Positions 1-11,584 of a stretch of 64,000 nt of DNA are shown here, in pieces. Source of the DNA: Alphaproteobacteria bacterium (lineage in GTDB: Bacteria; Pseudomonadota; Alphaproteobacteria; UBA828); assembly GCA_965214705.1 (NCBI GenBank), contig OZ243972.1, forward strand, positions 128,001 through 192,000, in the 5' to 3' direction. A program made the translations under genes and the position numbers. Under the pieces are notes generated by a model. The model saw nothing but the letters and a program-made list of their open reading frames with translations. It searched no databases and was not told the origin of the DNA. Within the stretch, counting starts at the first letter, position 1. Every line of letters begins with the position of its first letter.

Positions 1-1
1 G

Positions 2-808
2 CAGGTCGCGCAGGCGCCCGCCTGCACCCGCGCGCGCATCGACGCGTGCCAGCCGAGCGGCGCGATCCACGAGGAGGTGGGCAAGCTGCTCGCCGCGGCG
101 CTCAGCCTCTACGACCTCGACACCGAGGTGCTGCGTGCTGCGCGGCCGAGCCACATCGTCACGCAAGACCAGTGCGACGTCTGCGCCGTGGGGCTCTCCG
201 AGGTCGAGGCCGCAGCCGCAGAGTTCCTGGAGGCGCCGGTGCAGATCGTCTCGCTCGCGCCGATGCGCCTCGGCGACGTGTGGGACGACATCGGCCGGGT
301 CGGCGACGCCCTCGGGGTCGATGCGGCGCCGGCCCGCGAGGGCTTGCTTGCGCGCGTGGCGGCGATCGCCGAGCGCGCCAAGACGCTTCCGCCCAAGCGC
401 GTCCTTACGGTCGAGTGGAGCGACCCGCCGATGACCGCCGGCAACTGGGTGCCGGAGCTGGTCGCGCTCGCGGGCGGGATCGACACCCTGGGCGCGGACG
501 GCAGCCACTCGCCGCACATCACCGTCGACGCGGTGGCCGCAGCCGACCCCGACGCCATCGTGCTCATGCCCTGCGGCTACGACCTGCCGCGCACGGTGGA
601 CGACGGCCGCGCCCTGCTCGCCGACCCCGCCTGGGGCGGCTTGCGCGCAGCACAGGCCGGCGCGGTCTACGCCACCGACGGCAACGCCTACTTCAACCGG
701 CCGGGGCCACGGCTGGTCGAATCCCTCGAAATCCTGGCCGAAAACATCCACCCGGCGCACTTCGGCTTCGGCCACGAGGGCGCCGGGTGGTGCCGCCTAG
801 ACGCGTGA
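2..808 (+). CDS. BtuF-like cobalamin/Fe-siderophore ABC substrate-binding protein (5' truncated by window edge)
   Basis: Frame open from nt 2; motifs IVTQDQCDVCAV, EWSDPPMTAGNWVPELV, DGNAYFNRPGPRLVESLEILA; directly upstream of cobW. Confidence 0.75.
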   Translation, partial: QVAQAPACTRARIDACQPSGAIHEEVGKLLAAALSLYDLDTEVLRAARPSHIVTQDQCDVCAVGLSEVEAAAAEFLEAPVQIVSLAPMRLGDVWDDIGRVGDALGVDAAPAREGLLARVAAIAERAKTLPPKRVLTVEWSDPPMTAGNWVPELVALAGGIDTLGADGSHSPHITVDAVAAADPDAIVLMPCGYDLPRTVDDGRALLADPAWGGLRAAQAGAVYATDGNAYFNRPGPRLVESLEILAENIHPAHFGFGHEGAGWCRLDA

Positions 809-814
809 GGAACG

Positions 815-1849
815 ATGCAGGACCAGAAGATACCCGCGACCGTGATCACCGGCTTCCTCGGCGCCGGCAAGACCAGTCTCATCCGCCACGCGCTCGGCGA
901 AGCGAACGGGCGCCGCATCGCGCTCATCATCAACGAGTTCGGCGATCTCGGCATCGACCAGGAGGTGCTGGAGGGATGCGGCGACGAGGCCTGCGACGAA
1001 GTCGATATCGTCGAGCTTGCCAACGGCTGCATCTGCTGCACCGTGGCCGACGACTTCGCGCCGGCGATCGAGGCGCTGCTCGCTCGTGAGCCCGCGCCCG
1101 AGCACATCCTGATCGAGACCTCGGGCCTCGCGCTGCCCAAGCCGCTCGTCGCCGCCTTCAACTGGCCCGAGATCCGCACCCGGCTCACGGTGGACGGCGT
1201 GGTCGCGGTGGTGGACGGCCCGGCGCTGGCGGACGGCCGCTTCGCCGACGACGAGGACGCGCTGCAGGCCCAGCGGGAGGCCGACGATGCCCTCGATCAT
1301 GAATCGCCGCTGGCCGAGGTGTTCGAGGACCAGATCGGCTGCGCCGACATGGTGATCCTCAACAAGGCCGACCTGCTGGCCGCGAACGGCGCCGCGCAAG
1401 GCAAGGCACGCATGGAGCCGCACCTCCGGCCCGGCGCGCGCGTGGTCGAGGCGGCGCACGGTCGCGTGCCGCCGGACCTGCTGTTGGGCCTCGATGCCGC
1501 GGCGGAAGACGATCTCGCCAGCCGCCGCTCGCACCATGACGGCCTCGACGAGCCCCACGACCACGACGAGTTCGAGAGCTTCGTGATGGCGCTCGGCACC
1601 ATCGACGACCCCGCCGCCTTCGCGGCCGGGCTCAGCATCGCCGCGGATGCTTACGGCCTGCTGCGCGCCAAGGGCTTCCTCGACGTTGCGGGCAAGCGGC
1701 GGCGGCTGGTGGTGCAGGCGGTCGGCACCCGCGTGGACCGCCATTTCGACCGCGACTGGCGCCCGGACGAGGCACGCGAGGGCCGCCTGGTGGTGATCGG
1801 CCTCGCGCCGCTCGACCGGGCGGCCGTCGAAGCCGCGATCCGCGGCTAA
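815..1849 (+). CDS. cobW: CobW, COG0523 GTPase cobalt chaperone
   Basis: GFLGAGKT Walker A, ELANGCICCTV, ETSGLALPKP, NKAD, His-rich linker; precedes cobN. Confidence 0.95.
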   Translation: MQDQKIPATVITGFLGAGKTSLIRHALGEANGRRIALIINEFGDLGIDQEVLEGCGDEACDEVDIVELANGCICCTVADDFAPAIEALLAREPAPEHILIETSGLALPKPLVAAFNWPEIRTRLTVDGVVAVVDGPALADGRFADDEDALQAQREADDALDHESPLAEVFEDQIGCADMVILNKADLLAANGAAQGKARMEPHLRPGARVVEAAHGRVPPDLLLGLDAAAEDDLASRRSHHDGLDEPHDHDEFESFVMALGTIDDPAAFAAGLSIAADAYGLLRAKGFLDVAGKRRRLVVQAVGTRVDRHFDRDWRPDEAREGRLVVIGLAPLDRAAVEAAIRG

Positions 1850-1863
1850 GGGGAGCCCCGGCC

Positions 1864-4800
1864 TTGCACCTGCTCGCGGCGCAGCCCGGCGCCATCGAGG
1901 ATGGCGGGGAGGCGGTGGACCTCGGCCAGTCGCCGGGAGACATCGTGCTGCTGTCCGCCGCCGATACCGAGCTCGCCTGCTTCGCCCAGGCGCAGACGAG
2001 GCTGGGCGCGGGCGCGCCGACGCTTCGCCTCGCCAACCTGATACAGCTCGGCCACAACCTTTCGGTCGACCGCTACGCCGACCACGTGATCGCGGGCGCG
2101 CGCCTCGTGATCGTGCGGCTTCTCGGCGGCGAGAGCTACTGGCCCTACGGCGTCGAGCGACTGACCGCCGTCTGTACCGAGCGCGGCATCCCCGTCGCCT
2201 GGCTGCCGGGAGACGACAAGCCGGACGCCGGGCTCGCCACCCGCAGCACGCTCGCGGCCGACGCGGCGGAGACGCTCTGGCGCTACTGCACCCAGGGCGG
2301 CATAGACAATGCCGCGGACGCGCTGCGCTACGCCGCCACGCTGATCGGCCACGAGGCGGCGTGGCGCCCGCCCCGGCCGGTGCCCCGCGCGGGCCTCTAC
2401 TGGCCGGGCGAAGGCATCCTCGCCCTCGAAGACGTCATGGCCCGCTGGCGCGCCGGCAGGCCCCGCGCGGCCGTGGTCTTCTATCGGGCGCTGTTGCAGG
2501 CCGGCTCGCTCGCACCCGTGGATGCGCTGGTGGCGGCGCTGCGGGAGGAAGGGCTCGACCCGCTGCCCGTCTTCGTCACCAGCCTGCGCGATGCGCCGGC
2601 GGCGGAGCTGATCGGCACGCTCATGCGCACGACCCAGCCCGATATCGTCCTCAACGCCACGGGCTTCGCGGTCTCCCGGCCCGGTGCGCCGCAGGAGACG
2701 CCCTTCGCCGAAGCCGGCGTGCCGGTGCTGCAGGCGATTTTTGCGGGCGCCACCGAGCGGCAGTGGGCCGAGGCCACGCGCGGCCTCTCGCCCCGCGACA
2801 TCGCCATGAACGTGGCCCTGCCCGAGGTGGACGGGCGCATCTTGACCCGCGCGGTCGCCTTCAAGACCGAGGCCCGCTTCGACGAGGCCACGCAGGCGCC
2901 CATCGTGGTGTCGGAGGCGAACGAGGACCGCTGCCGTTTCGTGGCCGCCCTTACTGCCGCCTGGGTGCGTCTCGCGCGCACGGCACCGGCGGAGCGCCGC
3001 ATCGCCCTGGTGCTCGCCAACTACCCCAACCGCGACGGGCGCATCGGCAACGGCGTCGGCCTCGACACGCCGGCGAGCACGGTACGGATCATGCAGGCTC
3101 TCGCCGATGCCGGCTACCGGCTGGAGAACCCGCCAACGGACGGCGCCGCGCTGATGGCGAGGCTCCAGGCCGGCCCCACCAATGCTGCCGACGCAGCATC
3201 ACGCCCGGCCGAGGCCACACTCTCCCTCGCCGATTACGCCCGCTTCTTCGCCGCCCTGCCTGAACCCGTGCAGGCAACCGTCTCCGAGCGCTGGGGCGCG
3301 CCGGAGGACGACCCCTTCTTCCGTCCGGCCGAAGAGAGCTTCGCGCTTTCTGTCGTCCGCTTCGGCAATGTCGTGGTCGCGGTCCAGCCGGCGCGCGGCT
3401 ACAACATCGACCCCGAGAAAAGCTACCACGACCCCGACCTGCCGCCGCCGCACGGCTACCTCGCCTTCTACGCCTGGCTGCGCATGGGCCTCGACGCCCA
3501 CGCGGTGGTCCACGTGGGCAAGCATGGCAACGTGGAATGGCTGCCGGGCAAGGCGTTGGCGCTCTCCGCCGAGTGCTTCCCGGAGGCCGCGCTCGGGTCG
3601 CTCCCGCACGTCTATCCCTTCATCGTGAACGACCCCGGCGAAGGCAGCCAGGCCAAGCGGCGCGCCGCCGCCGTCATCGTCGATCACCTGACGCCGCCGC
3701 TCACCCGCGCCGGCAGCCACGGCGCGCTGGAGGAGCTGGAGCGGCTGGTCGACGAGTTCTTCGACGCCGCATCGGTCGATCCGCGCCGGTGTGTGCCGCT
3801 CAGCGCGCGCATCCTGGAGCTTGCCGCGTCTGCCGGGCTCGACCAGGATTGCGGCATCCAGGCCACCGACGGCAGCGACGACGCGCTCCGCAAGCTCGAT
3901 GGCTATCTCTGCGAAATCAAGGAGATGCAGATCCGCGACGGGCTCCATGTCTTCGGCGAGGCGCCGGCGCCCGAGCGCCGCATCGAGCTGCTGCGGGCCA
4001 TGGCGCGGAGCGTGCGCGGCCCCGGCGCCGGCGAGGCTTCGTTGCTGCGCGCGCTCGCCGACGATCTCGCCCTCGGCATCGATCCCCTCTCTGCCCCGCT
4101 TGGCGCGCCCTGGCAGGGCCCCCGGCCCGCAGCGCTCGCCAACGGCGCGTCCTGGCGCAGCACCGGGGACACGGTGGAGCGGCTGGAGACCCTCGCCGCC
4201 AGCCTGATCGCCGGCACGTACCGTTTGCCCGCGGAATGGGCTGCCAGTGCCGCCGTGCTGCACGAAGTCGCCGAGACCATCGGCCCTGCGCTCGACGCCA
4301 GCGCGGACGCCGAGACCGCCGGACTGCTCGCGGCCCTCGACGGCCGCTTCGTCGCACCGGGCGCTGCCGGCGCGCCCACGCGCGGCCGGCCGGACGTGCT
4401 GCCCACGGGCCGGAACTTCTACTCGGTGGACACGCGCCAGGTGCCCACCGCCGCCGCCTGGCAGCTCGGCTGGCAATCGGCGCAGCTTCTGGTCGAGCAC
4501 TACGCCCAGACCCACGGCGACTGGCCGCACGCGATGGCGCTCAGCGCCTGGGGCACGTCCAACATGCGGACGGGCGGGGACGACATCGCCCAGGCGCTCG
4601 CGCTGATTGGCGCGCGACCCCGCTGGGAGGGGCCGTCCGGCCGCGTCACCGGCTTCGAGATCATGCCGCTCGGCCTGCTCGACCGGCCGCGCGTGGACGT
4701 AACGCTCCGGGTCTCGGGCTTCTTCCGCGATGCCTTCCCCGGCCTGATCGACCTCTTCGACTCGGCCGTGCGCGCGGTCGCCGCGCTCGACGAGGAACCG

Positions 4801-5604
4801 GACGACAACCCGCTCGCCGCCAAGGTCGCCGCCGACGCCGCAACGCTCGCCGGCAACGGCACATCCCAGGAGCGCGCCCGGCGCCTCGCCTCCTACCGGG
4901 TCTTCGGCTCGAAGCCAGGCGCCTACGGTGCCGGCCTGCAGGCGCTGATCGACGAGCGCGGCTGGGCCGACGCGAGCGATTTCGCCGCCGCCTACGTCGC
5001 CTGGGGCGGCTGGGCCTACGGCGCGGGCGAAGGGGGTGCTGCCGAGCACAAGCTCTTCGAGCGCCGGCTCGGTGCGGTCGAGGCGGTGGTGCAGAACCAG
5101 GACAACCGCGAGCACGACCTCTTGGACAGCGACGACTACTACCAGTTCGAGGGCGGCCTCGCGGCGGCGGTGACGGTCCACGCCGGCCGCGCGCCCGCGC
5201 TCTACCACAACGACCATTCGGTGCCCGACACCCCGCGCATCCGCACGCTGGCCGACGAGCTCGGCCGCGTGGTCCGCGCGCGGGTGACCAACCCCAAGTG
5301 GATCCAGGGCGTCATGCGCCACGGCTACAAGGGCGCGTTCGAGATCGCGGCGACGGTGGACTACCTCTTCGCCTTCGCCGCCACCACCGGCGTGGTGAAG
5401 GACCACCACTTCGACGCGGTGTTCGACGCCTACGTGGCGGACGACGATGTGCGGGACTTCATGGCCGACGCCAACCCGGCGGCGCTGCGCGAGCTCGCCG
5501 AGCGGCTGCTGGAGGCGCAGGAGCGGAGCCTCTGGCGGCCCCGCGCGAACCACGCCCACGCGCTGCTCGCGGCACTACGCGACGGCAGGCAGGAGGCGCT
5601 CTGA
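1864..5604 (+). CDS. cobN: Cobaltochelatase subunit CobN
   Basis: 1246 aa, [10 protein letters not shown]-terminus, [32 protein letters not shown]. Confidence 0.97.
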   Translation: MHLLAAQPGAIEDGGEAVDLGQSPGDIVLLSAADTELACFAQAQTRLGAGAPTLRLANLIQLGHNLSVDRYADHVIAGARLVIVRLLGGESYWPYGVERLTAVCTERGIPVAWLPGDDKPDAGLATRSTLAADAAETLWRYCTQGGIDNAADALRYAATLIGHEAAWRPPRPVPRAGLYWPGEGILALEDVMARWRAGRPRAAVVFYRALLQAGSLAPVDALVAALREEGLDPLPVFVTSLRDAPAAELIGTLMRTTQPDIVLNATGFAVSRPGAPQETPFAEAGVPVLQAIFAGATERQWAEATRGLSPRDIAMNVALPEVDGRILTRAVAFKTEARFDEATQAPIVVSEANEDRCRFVAALTAAWVRLARTAPAERRIALVLANYPNRDGRIGNGVGLDTPASTVRIMQALADAGYRLENPPTDGAALMARLQAGPTNAADAASRPAEATLSLADYARFFAALPEPVQATVSERWGAPEDDPFFRPAEESFALSVVRFGNVVVAVQPARGYNIDPEKSYHDPDLPPPHGYLAFYAWLRMGLDAHAVVHVGKHGNVEWLPGKALALSAECFPEAALGSLPHVYPFIVNDPGEGSQAKRRAAAVIVDHLTPPLTRAGSHGALEELERLVDEFFDAASVDPRRCVPLSARILELAASAGLDQDCGIQATDGSDDALRKLDGYLCEIKEMQIRDGLHVFGEAPAPERRIELLRAMARSVRGPGAGEASLLRALADDLALGIDPLSAPLGAPWQGPRPAALANGASWRSTGDTVERLETLAASLIAGTYRLPAEWAASAAVLHEVAETIGPALDASADAETAGLLAALDGRFVAPGAAGAPTRGRPDVLPTGRNFYSVDTRQVPTAAAWQLGWQSAQLLVEHYAQTHGDWPHAMALSAWGTSNMRTGGDDIAQALALIGARPRWEGPSGRVTGFEIMPLGLLDRPRVDVTLRVSGFFRDAFPGLIDLFDSAVRAVAALDEEPDDNPLAAKVAADAATLAGNGTSQERARRLASYRVFGSKPGAYGAGLQALIDERGWADASDFAAAYVAWGGWAYGAGEGGAAEHKLFERRLGAVEAVVQNQDNREHDLLDSDDYYQFEGGLAAAVTVHAGRAPALYHNDHSVPDTPRIRTLADELGRVVRARVTNPKWIQGVMRHGYKGAFEIAATVDYLFAFAATTGVVKDHHFDAVFDAYVADDDVRDFMADANPAALRELAERLLEAQERSLWRPRANHAHALLAALRDGRQEAL

Positions 5605-6227
5605 TGGCGCGCAAGACCGAGACCGAGGCCGAGCTCGACCAGCGCCATGCCGAGAAGATGCGCAAGCGCAAGGCCGCGCGCGAGCGCATGCTGGCCACCA
5701 AGACCATCGAGAAGGGCCTGCTCATCGTCCACACCGGCAAGGGCAAGGGCAAGTCCACCGCCGCCTTCGGCCTCGCGGCCCGCGCCATCGGCAACGGCAT
5801 GAAGGTGGGCATCGTGCAGTTCGTGAAGGGCAAGTGGGCGACCGGCGAGCGCGCGGTGCTGGAGCGCTTCCCCGACCTCGTCACCGTGCGCGTGATGGGC
5901 GAGGGCTTCACCTGGGACACGCAGGACCGCCAGCGCGACCTCGCCGCCGCGCGCAACGCGTGGGAGGCGGCCAAGGAGTTCCTGGCCGACCCCTCCTACC
6001 GTCTCGTGGTGCTCGACGAGCTCAACATCGTGCTGCGCTACGACTACCTCGACCTCGACGACGTGCTCGCAGGGCTCGCCGCGCGCAATCCCGGCCAGCA
6101 CGTCGTGGTCACCGGCCGCAACGCCAAGCCCGCGCTGATCGAGATGGCCGACCTCGTGACCGAGATGACCGAGATCAAGCATCCCTTCCGCGCCGGCGTG
6201 AAGGCGCAGGTGGGCATCGAGTTCTGA
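5604..6227 (+). CDS. cobO: Cob(I)yrinic acid a,c-diamide adenosyltransferase
   Basis: ATG overlaps cobN TGA; [26 protein letters not shown]-terminal AQVGIEF. Confidence 0.95.
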   Translation: MARKTETEAELDQRHAEKMRKRKAARERMLATKTIEKGLLIVHTGKGKGKSTAAFGLAARAIGNGMKVGIVQFVKGKWATGERAVLERFPDLVTVRVMGEGFTWDTQDRQRDLAAARNAWEAAKEFLADPSYRLVVLDELNIVLRYDYLDLDDVLAGLAARNPGQHVVVTGRNAKPALIEMADLVTEMTEIKHPFRAGVKAQVGIEF

Positions 6228-7723
6228 TGGCACGCGCCGCCTCACAGGGCCCCCCGGCCCTGATGTTTCAGGGCACCGGCTCCAACGTCGGCAAGTCCCT
6301 GCTGGTGGCAGGCCTCTGCCGCGCCTATGCCGCGCGCGGGCTTCGCGTGCGCCCCTTCAAGCCGCAGAACATGTCCAACAACGCCGCGGTCGCGGGCGAC
6401 GGGCGCGAGATCGGCCGCGCCCAGGCGCTGCAGGCCCGCGCCGCCGGCATCGAGCCTTGCGCCGACATGAACCCCGTGCTGCTCAAGCCCGAGAGCGAGC
6501 ACGGCGCTCAGGTGGTGGTGCAGGGCAGCGTGACCGGCACCGCCGACGCGCGCGGCTACCACGCGCTCAAGGCCGAGCTGATGCCGCCCGTGCTGGAGAG
6601 TTTCGGACGCCTAGGCCAGGACGCCGACCTGATCCTGGTGGAAGGCGCGGGCAGCCCGGCCGAGGTCAACCTGCGCGAGAACGACATCGCCAACATGGGT
6701 TTCGCCCTGGCAGCGGGCGTGCCGGTCGCGCTGGTGGGCGATGTGGACCGGGGCGGCGTGATCGCGAGCCTGGTCGGCACCTGGGCGCTGCTGCCGGCGC
6801 CCGAGCGCGCGCTGACCAGGGGCTTCGTCATCAACAAGTTCCGGGGCGATGCCACGCTCTTCGACGACGCCAACGCGATCATTGAGCGGAAGACCGGGTG
6901 GGCCGCATTGGGTCTCGTGCCCTGGTTCGACGGCGCCCGGCTGCTGCCGGCTGAGGACAGCGTCAGCCTCGATTCCACGCCGGCCATAGCCGCAGCCGCC
7001 TCCGGCCGCGCCATCAAGATCGCCGTGCCCCGCCTGCCGCGAATCTCCAACACCGACGATCTCGACCCGCTCCGCGCCGAGCCCGATACGGTGCTCGACA
7101 TCGTGCCGCCGGGTCGCGCGCTGCCGGGAGATGCCGACCTCGTGCTGCTGCCGGGCAGCAAGGCGACCCGCAGCGACCTGGAGGCGCTTCGCGCCGAGGG
7201 CTGGGCGCTCGACATCGCCGCGCACGTGCGGCGCGGCGGCTGGGTGGTGGGCCTCTGCGGCGGCTACCAGATGCTGGGCCAGCGCGTCGCAGATCCCGCC
7301 GGCATCGAAGGGCCGCCCGGCGAGACGCCGGGTCTCGGCCTGCTCGATGTCGAGACGGTGATGAGCGCGGCCAAGCGCCTCGTCCGTGCCTCCGGCCATG
7401 CCAGCGATGGCGGCGAGGCGGTCGCGGGCTACGAGATGCACATGGGGGAGACCACGGGGCCCGACACCGCGCGCCCGCTGGTCCGCCTGGAAAGCGGCCC
7501 CGACGGCGCGCGGGCGGCAAACGGCCGGGTCATGGGCTGCTACCTGCACGGCCTCTTCGCTGCCGACGGATTTCGGCGCGCCTTCCGCGGCCGGCTGCGG
7601 CGGCGGGAGAGCGCCGGCATCGCCTACGATGCCCTGGTGGAGGAGACCCTGGACTCTCTCGGCGCCCATCTCGAGGCCCATCTCGACCTCGACCGCCTGC
7701 TGGAGCTGGCCCGTGCGCGCTGA
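6227..7723 (+). CDS. cobQ: Cobyric acid synthase
   Basis: [47 protein letters not shown]. Confidence 0.95.
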   Translation: MARAASQGPPALMFQGTGSNVGKSLLVAGLCRAYAARGLRVRPFKPQNMSNNAAVAGDGREIGRAQALQARAAGIEPCADMNPVLLKPESEHGAQVVVQGSVTGTADARGYHALKAELMPPVLESFGRLGQDADLILVEGAGSPAEVNLRENDIANMGFALAAGVPVALVGDVDRGGVIASLVGTWALLPAPERALTRGFVINKFRGDATLFDDANAIIERKTGWAALGLVPWFDGARLLPAEDSVSLDSTPAIAAAASGRAIKIAVPRLPRISNTDDLDPLRAEPDTVLDIVPPGRALPGDADLVLLPGSKATRSDLEALRAEGWALDIAAHVRRGGWVVGLCGGYQMLGQRVADPAGIEGPPGETPGLGLLDVETVMSAAKRLVRASGHASDGGEAVAGYEMHMGETTGPDTARPLVRLESGPDGARAANGRVMGCYLHGLFAADGFRRAFRGRLRRRESAGIAYDALVEETLDSLGAHLEAHLDLDRLLELARAR

Positions 7724-7730
7724 CCCTGGG

Positions 7731-8729
7731 CTACGCCGCGCCGAGCGCCATGCTGGCGGCGATGGCGGCGGTCAGCACCGCCACCAGCGCGCACGCCACC
7801 GCGAACACCCGTACCGTGCGCCTGAGATCGGCCGCCGTCGCCTCCTTGCGGCCGTCGCCGAGCCAGGCTTCGTCGGCCGCCGTCTCGCCCTTGTACCGTC
7901 GCGGCCCCAGCAGGGCGAGGCCGAGCGCACCTGCCATCGCGGCTTCGGGCCAGCCGGCGTTGGGCGAGCTGTGCCTGGGCGCGTCGCGCAGCATGGTGCG
8001 CCACGCCCGGCGCGGCGCGGCGCCGGGGACGACGAGCGCGGCGGCTGCCACCAGCCCGCCCGAAATCCGCGCCGGCAGCCAGTTCACCGCATCGTCGAGG
8101 CGCGCCGCCGCACGGCCGAAGGCGTGATGGCGGGGCGAGCGGTGGCCGATCATGCTGTCCATGGTGTTGATGGCCTTGTAGGCGAGCAGCCCCGGCAGGC
8201 CGAGCAGCAGGTACCAGAAGGCCGGTGCCACCACGCCGTCGGAATAGTTCTCGGCGCCACTCTCGATCGCCGCGCGGGCGATGGCGTGCTCGTCGAGGGC
8301 ATGAACCTCGCGGCCGACGATGTGACGCAGCTCGGCCTGCGCCGGCTCCACGCCCGCATCCAGCGCCCGTGCCACCCGCACCATGTGATCGGCCATAGTG
8401 CGCTGCGCGAGCAGGGTCGCGACCAGCGCAAGCTCGGCGAGCCAGCCCCAGGCGAGCATGGCCGCGTTGTGGGCGACGGCCCAGCCGGCGGCGGCGCTCG
8501 CGCCCACCACCAGCAACACCGCGACACCGCCCAGAATCACGCGGGCGCCCTCGCCCAGGCGCTCCCGGTTGAGGGTGCGGTCGAGCAGGCCGGTGAGCCA
8601 GCCCATCAGGCGCACCGGGTGTGGCAGCCAGCGCGGGTCACCGATCAGCGCATCGAGCGCGAGCGCGGCGAGAAGGATGAACGGCACCGCCTGGCCGATG
8701 GGCCAGTCGGGCGCGGCGAAGAGGAGCAT
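7731..8729 (-). CDS. cobD: Adenosylcobinamide-phosphate synthase CobD/CbiB
   Basis: GDPRWLPHPV, ENYSDGVVAP, YKAINTMDSMIG, HSSPNAGWPEAAMAGALG; hydrophobic helices. Confidence 0.93.
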   Translation of the reverse strand: MLLFAAPDWPIGQAVPFILLAALALDALIGDPRWLPHPVRLMGWLTGLLDRTLNRERLGEGARVILGGVAVLLVVGASAAAGWAVAHNAAMLAWGWLAELALVATLLAQRTMADHMVRVARALDAGVEPAQAELRHIVGREVHALDEHAIARAAIESGAENYSDGVVAPAFWYLLLGLPGLLAYKAINTMDSMIGHRSPRHHAFGRAAARLDDAVNWLPARISGGLVAAAALVVPGAAPRRAWRTMLRDAPRHSSPNAGWPEAAMAGALGLALLGPRRYKGETAADEAWLGDGRKEATAADLRRTVRVFAVACALVAVLTAAIAASMALGAA

Positions 8730-8735
8730 CGGTCC

Positions 8736-8764
8736 ACAATGGAAAGGGCTGGCGTGCCGGTCAA
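8736..8764 (-). promoter_or_regulatory. Putative sigma70 promoter for leaderless cobD
   Basis: Minus strand TTGACC-N17-CATTGT-N6-ATG, no SD. Confidence 0.5.
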
Positions 8765-8785
8765 TGGACGGAATGGAGCGGGGCG

Positions 8786-9745
8786 ATGAGCGCGCCCGCG
8801 GTGCTGCTCTGCGGCCACGGCAGCCGCGACGACGCGGCGGTCGCCGAGTTCGAGCACCTCGCCGCCGTGATTGCCGCGCGCTTGCCGGATCGCCGGGTGA
8901 GCCACGGCTTCCTCGAATTCGCGCGGCCCACCATCGGCAGCACGCTGGCGGCGATGCGGGATTCCGGCGCCCGCGCCATCGACGCCGTGCCCGGCATGCT
9001 CTTCGCCGCCGGCCACGCCAAGAACGACATCCCCTCGGTGCTCAACGACTTCGCCGCCGCCAATCCGGAACTCGCGATCCGCTACGGACGCGATCTCGCG
9101 GTCGATCCGCTGCTGCTGCGGGCAGCGGCAGAGCGCATCGAGGCTGCCCAGCAGCCCGGCGACGCCCCACCCGCCGACAGCCTGCTGGTTGTGGTCGGGC
9201 GCGGCACCTCCGACCCCGACGCCAACAGCAACATCGCCAAGGTCACCCGCATGCTGTGGGAGGGTCTGGGCTTCGGCTGGGCGGAGACCTGCTACAGCGG
9301 CGTCACCACGCCTCTGGTCGGGCCCGCGCTGGAGCGGATCGCGGGCTTCGGCTTCCGCCGCATCGTGGTCTTCCCCTACTTCCTCTTCACCGGCGTGCTG
9401 GTGCGGCGCATCTACGACGCGGCGGATGCCGCGGCGCGCGCCCACCCGGAGATCGCCTTCCGCAAGGCCGCCTACCTCAACGACCACCCGCTGGTGGTGG
9501 ACGCCTTCCTCGCGCGCATCGCCGAGATCCCCGAAGGCGACAACCGCATGAACTGCCAGCTCTGCAAGTACCGCGAGCAGATCATCGGGCACGAGGCCGA
9601 CCTCGGCGCGCCCCAGGTGGGCCATCACCACCACGTCGAGGGCATCGGCACCGATGCGGACCACGCCGGCGGCCACGGGCACCATCACCACGGCCACCGC
9701 CACGATCACGGAACCGACGGACATGGCGGCCACAGCCACGGCTGA
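8786..9745 (+). CDS. cbiX: Long-form CbiX (sirohydrochlorin chelatase family) with MxCxxC motif and His-rich tail
   Basis: LCGHGSRD, GFLEFARP, LFAAGHAKNDIP, GRGTSDPDAN, MNCQLCKYR, poly-His C-terminus. Confidence 0.9.
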   Translation: MSAPAVLLCGHGSRDDAAVAEFEHLAAVIAARLPDRRVSHGFLEFARPTIGSTLAAMRDSGARAIDAVPGMLFAAGHAKNDIPSVLNDFAAANPELAIRYGRDLAVDPLLLRAAAERIEAAQQPGDAPPADSLLVVVGRGTSDPDANSNIAKVTRMLWEGLGFGWAETCYSGVTTPLVGPALERIAGFGFRRIVVFPYFLFTGVLVRRIYDAADAAARAHPEIAFRKAAYLNDHPLVVDAFLARIAEIPEGDNRMNCQLCKYREQIIGHEADLGAPQVGHHHHVEGIGTDADHAGGHGHHHHGHRHDHGTDGHGGHSHG

Positions 9746-10379
9746 CTATCTGCGCGACCCGGAGGGGATCACGCAGCGATCCTTCGCCATCATCCGGCGG
9801 GAGACCGATGTTGCCGGCCTGCCGGCGGATTTGGTGGATGTCGCCTACCGCATGGTGCACGCCTCGGGCATGACCGATCTGGTGGCGGACCTCGCCTTCT
9901 CGGCAGGCGTGGCGGGGAAGGCCCGCGGCGCGCTCTCCGCCGGCGCCCCCGTTCTGGCGGATTGCCAGATGGTGGCGTCAGGCATCTCCCGCCGCAGGCT
10001 CGCGGCGGGCAACGAGGTGATCTGCACCCTTGGCGTGCCGGGCCTCGCCGAACGCGCGGCGTCCGCGCAGACCACGCGCTCGGCGGCGGCGGTGGAGCTC
10101 TGGCGGCCGCACTTGGCCGGCGCGCTCTGCGTCATCGGCAACGCGCCCACCGCGCTCTTCCGCCTGCTGGAGCTTCTGGCCGAGGGCGCACCCCGGCCGG
10201 CGGCGATCGTCGCGACGCCTCCGGGCTTCGTGGGCGCGAGCGAAGCCAAGACGGCGCTGGCGGAGGGGCGCCAAGGCGTGCCCTTCCTCACCCTGCTGGG
10301 CCGGCGGGGCGGCAGCGCGGTCGCGGCAGCGGCGGTAAACGCACTCGCGGCACCGCCCGAGGCCGAGGGCACCCCATGA
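9723..10379 (+). CDS. cobH: Precorrin-8X methylmutase
   Basis: DYLRDPEGI, RMVHASG, TRSAAAVELW, IGNAPTALFRLLE, GFVGASEAK, GRRGGS. Confidence 0.93.
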   Translation: MAATATADYLRDPEGITQRSFAIIRRETDVAGLPADLVDVAYRMVHASGMTDLVADLAFSAGVAGKARGALSAGAPVLADCQMVASGISRRRLAAGNEVICTLGVPGLAERAASAQTTRSAAAVELWRPHLAGALCVIGNAPTALFRLLELLAEGAPRPAAIVATPPGFVGASEAKTALAEGRQGVPFLTLLGRRGGSAVAAAAVNALAAPPEAEGTP

Positions 10380-11584
10380 GCGGCTGGCTCACGGTCGTCG
10401 GCCTCGGCGAGGACGGGCCGGACGCGCTCGCGCCCGCCGCCCGCGCGCTGATCGCGCAGGCGGAGGTGCTGGTCGGCGGCGAGCGGCATCTCGCCATGAT
10501 CCCGGACGGCACCGCACGCCGTCTCACCTGGCGGCGCCCGCTGACGGACACCATGGACGACATTCGCGCGGCGCACGGCCGGCGGGTCGTCGTGCTGGCG
10601 ACCGGCGATCCCTTCTGCTTCGGCATCGGCACCACGCTCCGCCGCGCCTTCCCCGACGAGGAGATCGTGACCATCCCGGCGCCGTCCGCCTTCAGCCTGG
10701 CCCGCGCCCGCCTCGGCTGGAGCGCCGACGAGACCGTGGGCGTGACCCTGCACGGCCGCCCGCTGGAGACCGTCCGCGCCCACCTCGCGCCGGGGCAGCG
10801 CCTGCTGGTGCTCTCCCACGACGGCGCGACGCCTGCGCAGGTCGCGGCGCAGCTCACCGCCGTCGGCTACGGCGCCAGCACGCTCACCGTCTTCGCCCAC
10901 ATGGGCGGGGCCGATGAAACCAGCATGAACGAGCGCGCCGACCGCTGGCGCGAAGCGCAGGTGCCGGACCTCAACACCATCGCCATCGAGTGCCGCGCCG
11001 AAGGCCGCGTGAAGCGCTTTCGCGGCGCGCCGGGCCTGCCCGACCGCGCGTTCGAGAACGACGGGCAGCTCACCAAGCGCGAGATTCGGGTGCAGACCGT
11101 GAGCGCGCTCGACCCGCGACCCGGTGCGCTGCTCTGGGACGTGGGCGCGGGCTCCGGCTCGGTGGCGATCGAATGGCTTCTGAGCGAGCGCACCGCGAAT
11201 GCCGTGGCGGTCGAGCGCGACGCGGAGCGCTGCGCCCGCATCGCCCGCAACGCAGCGGCCCTCGGCGTGCCGCGCCTCACGGTGCAGGAGGGCGCGGCGC
11301 CGGAGGCGCTGGAGCTCTTGCTGGTGCCCGACGCGGTCTTCATCGGCGGCGGGCTTGCCGTCGGCGGCCTGATCGAGACCTGCTGGGCGAGGCTCGCGCC
11401 CGGCGGCACACTTGTGGCCAACGCCGTCACTGTCGCCGGCGAAGCGGTCCTTGCCGACTGGTGCGCGCGCCACGACGGCATCATGGTCCGGCTCTCGGTC
11501 TCCCGCGCCCGGCCCGTGGGCCGCCACCTCGCCTGGCGCCCACTGATGCCGGTCACCCAGCTCACGCTCGTCAAGGCACGATGA
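10376..11584 (+). CDS. cobL: Precorrin-6Y C5,15-methyltransferase (decarboxylating), CbiE-CbiT fusion
   Basis: WLTVVGLGEDG, LATGDPFCFGIG, DGQLTKREIR, LWDVGAGSGSVAIEW. Confidence 0.93.
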   Translation: MSGWLTVVGLGEDGPDALAPAARALIAQAEVLVGGERHLAMIPDGTARRLTWRRPLTDTMDDIRAAHGRRVVVLATGDPFCFGIGTTLRRAFPDEEIVTIPAPSAFSLARARLGWSADETVGVTLHGRPLETVRAHLAPGQRLLVLSHDGATPAQVAAQLTAVGYGASTLTVFAHMGGADETSMNERADRWREAQVPDLNTIAIECRAEGRVKRFRGAPGLPDRAFENDGQLTKREIRVQTVSALDPRPGALLWDVGAGSGSVAIEWLLSERTANAVAVERDAERCARIARNAAALGVPRLTVQEGAAPEALELLLVPDAVFIGGGLAVGGLIETCWARLAPGGTLVANAVTVAGEAVLADWCARHDGIMVRLSVSRARPVGRHLAWRPLMPVTQLTLVKAR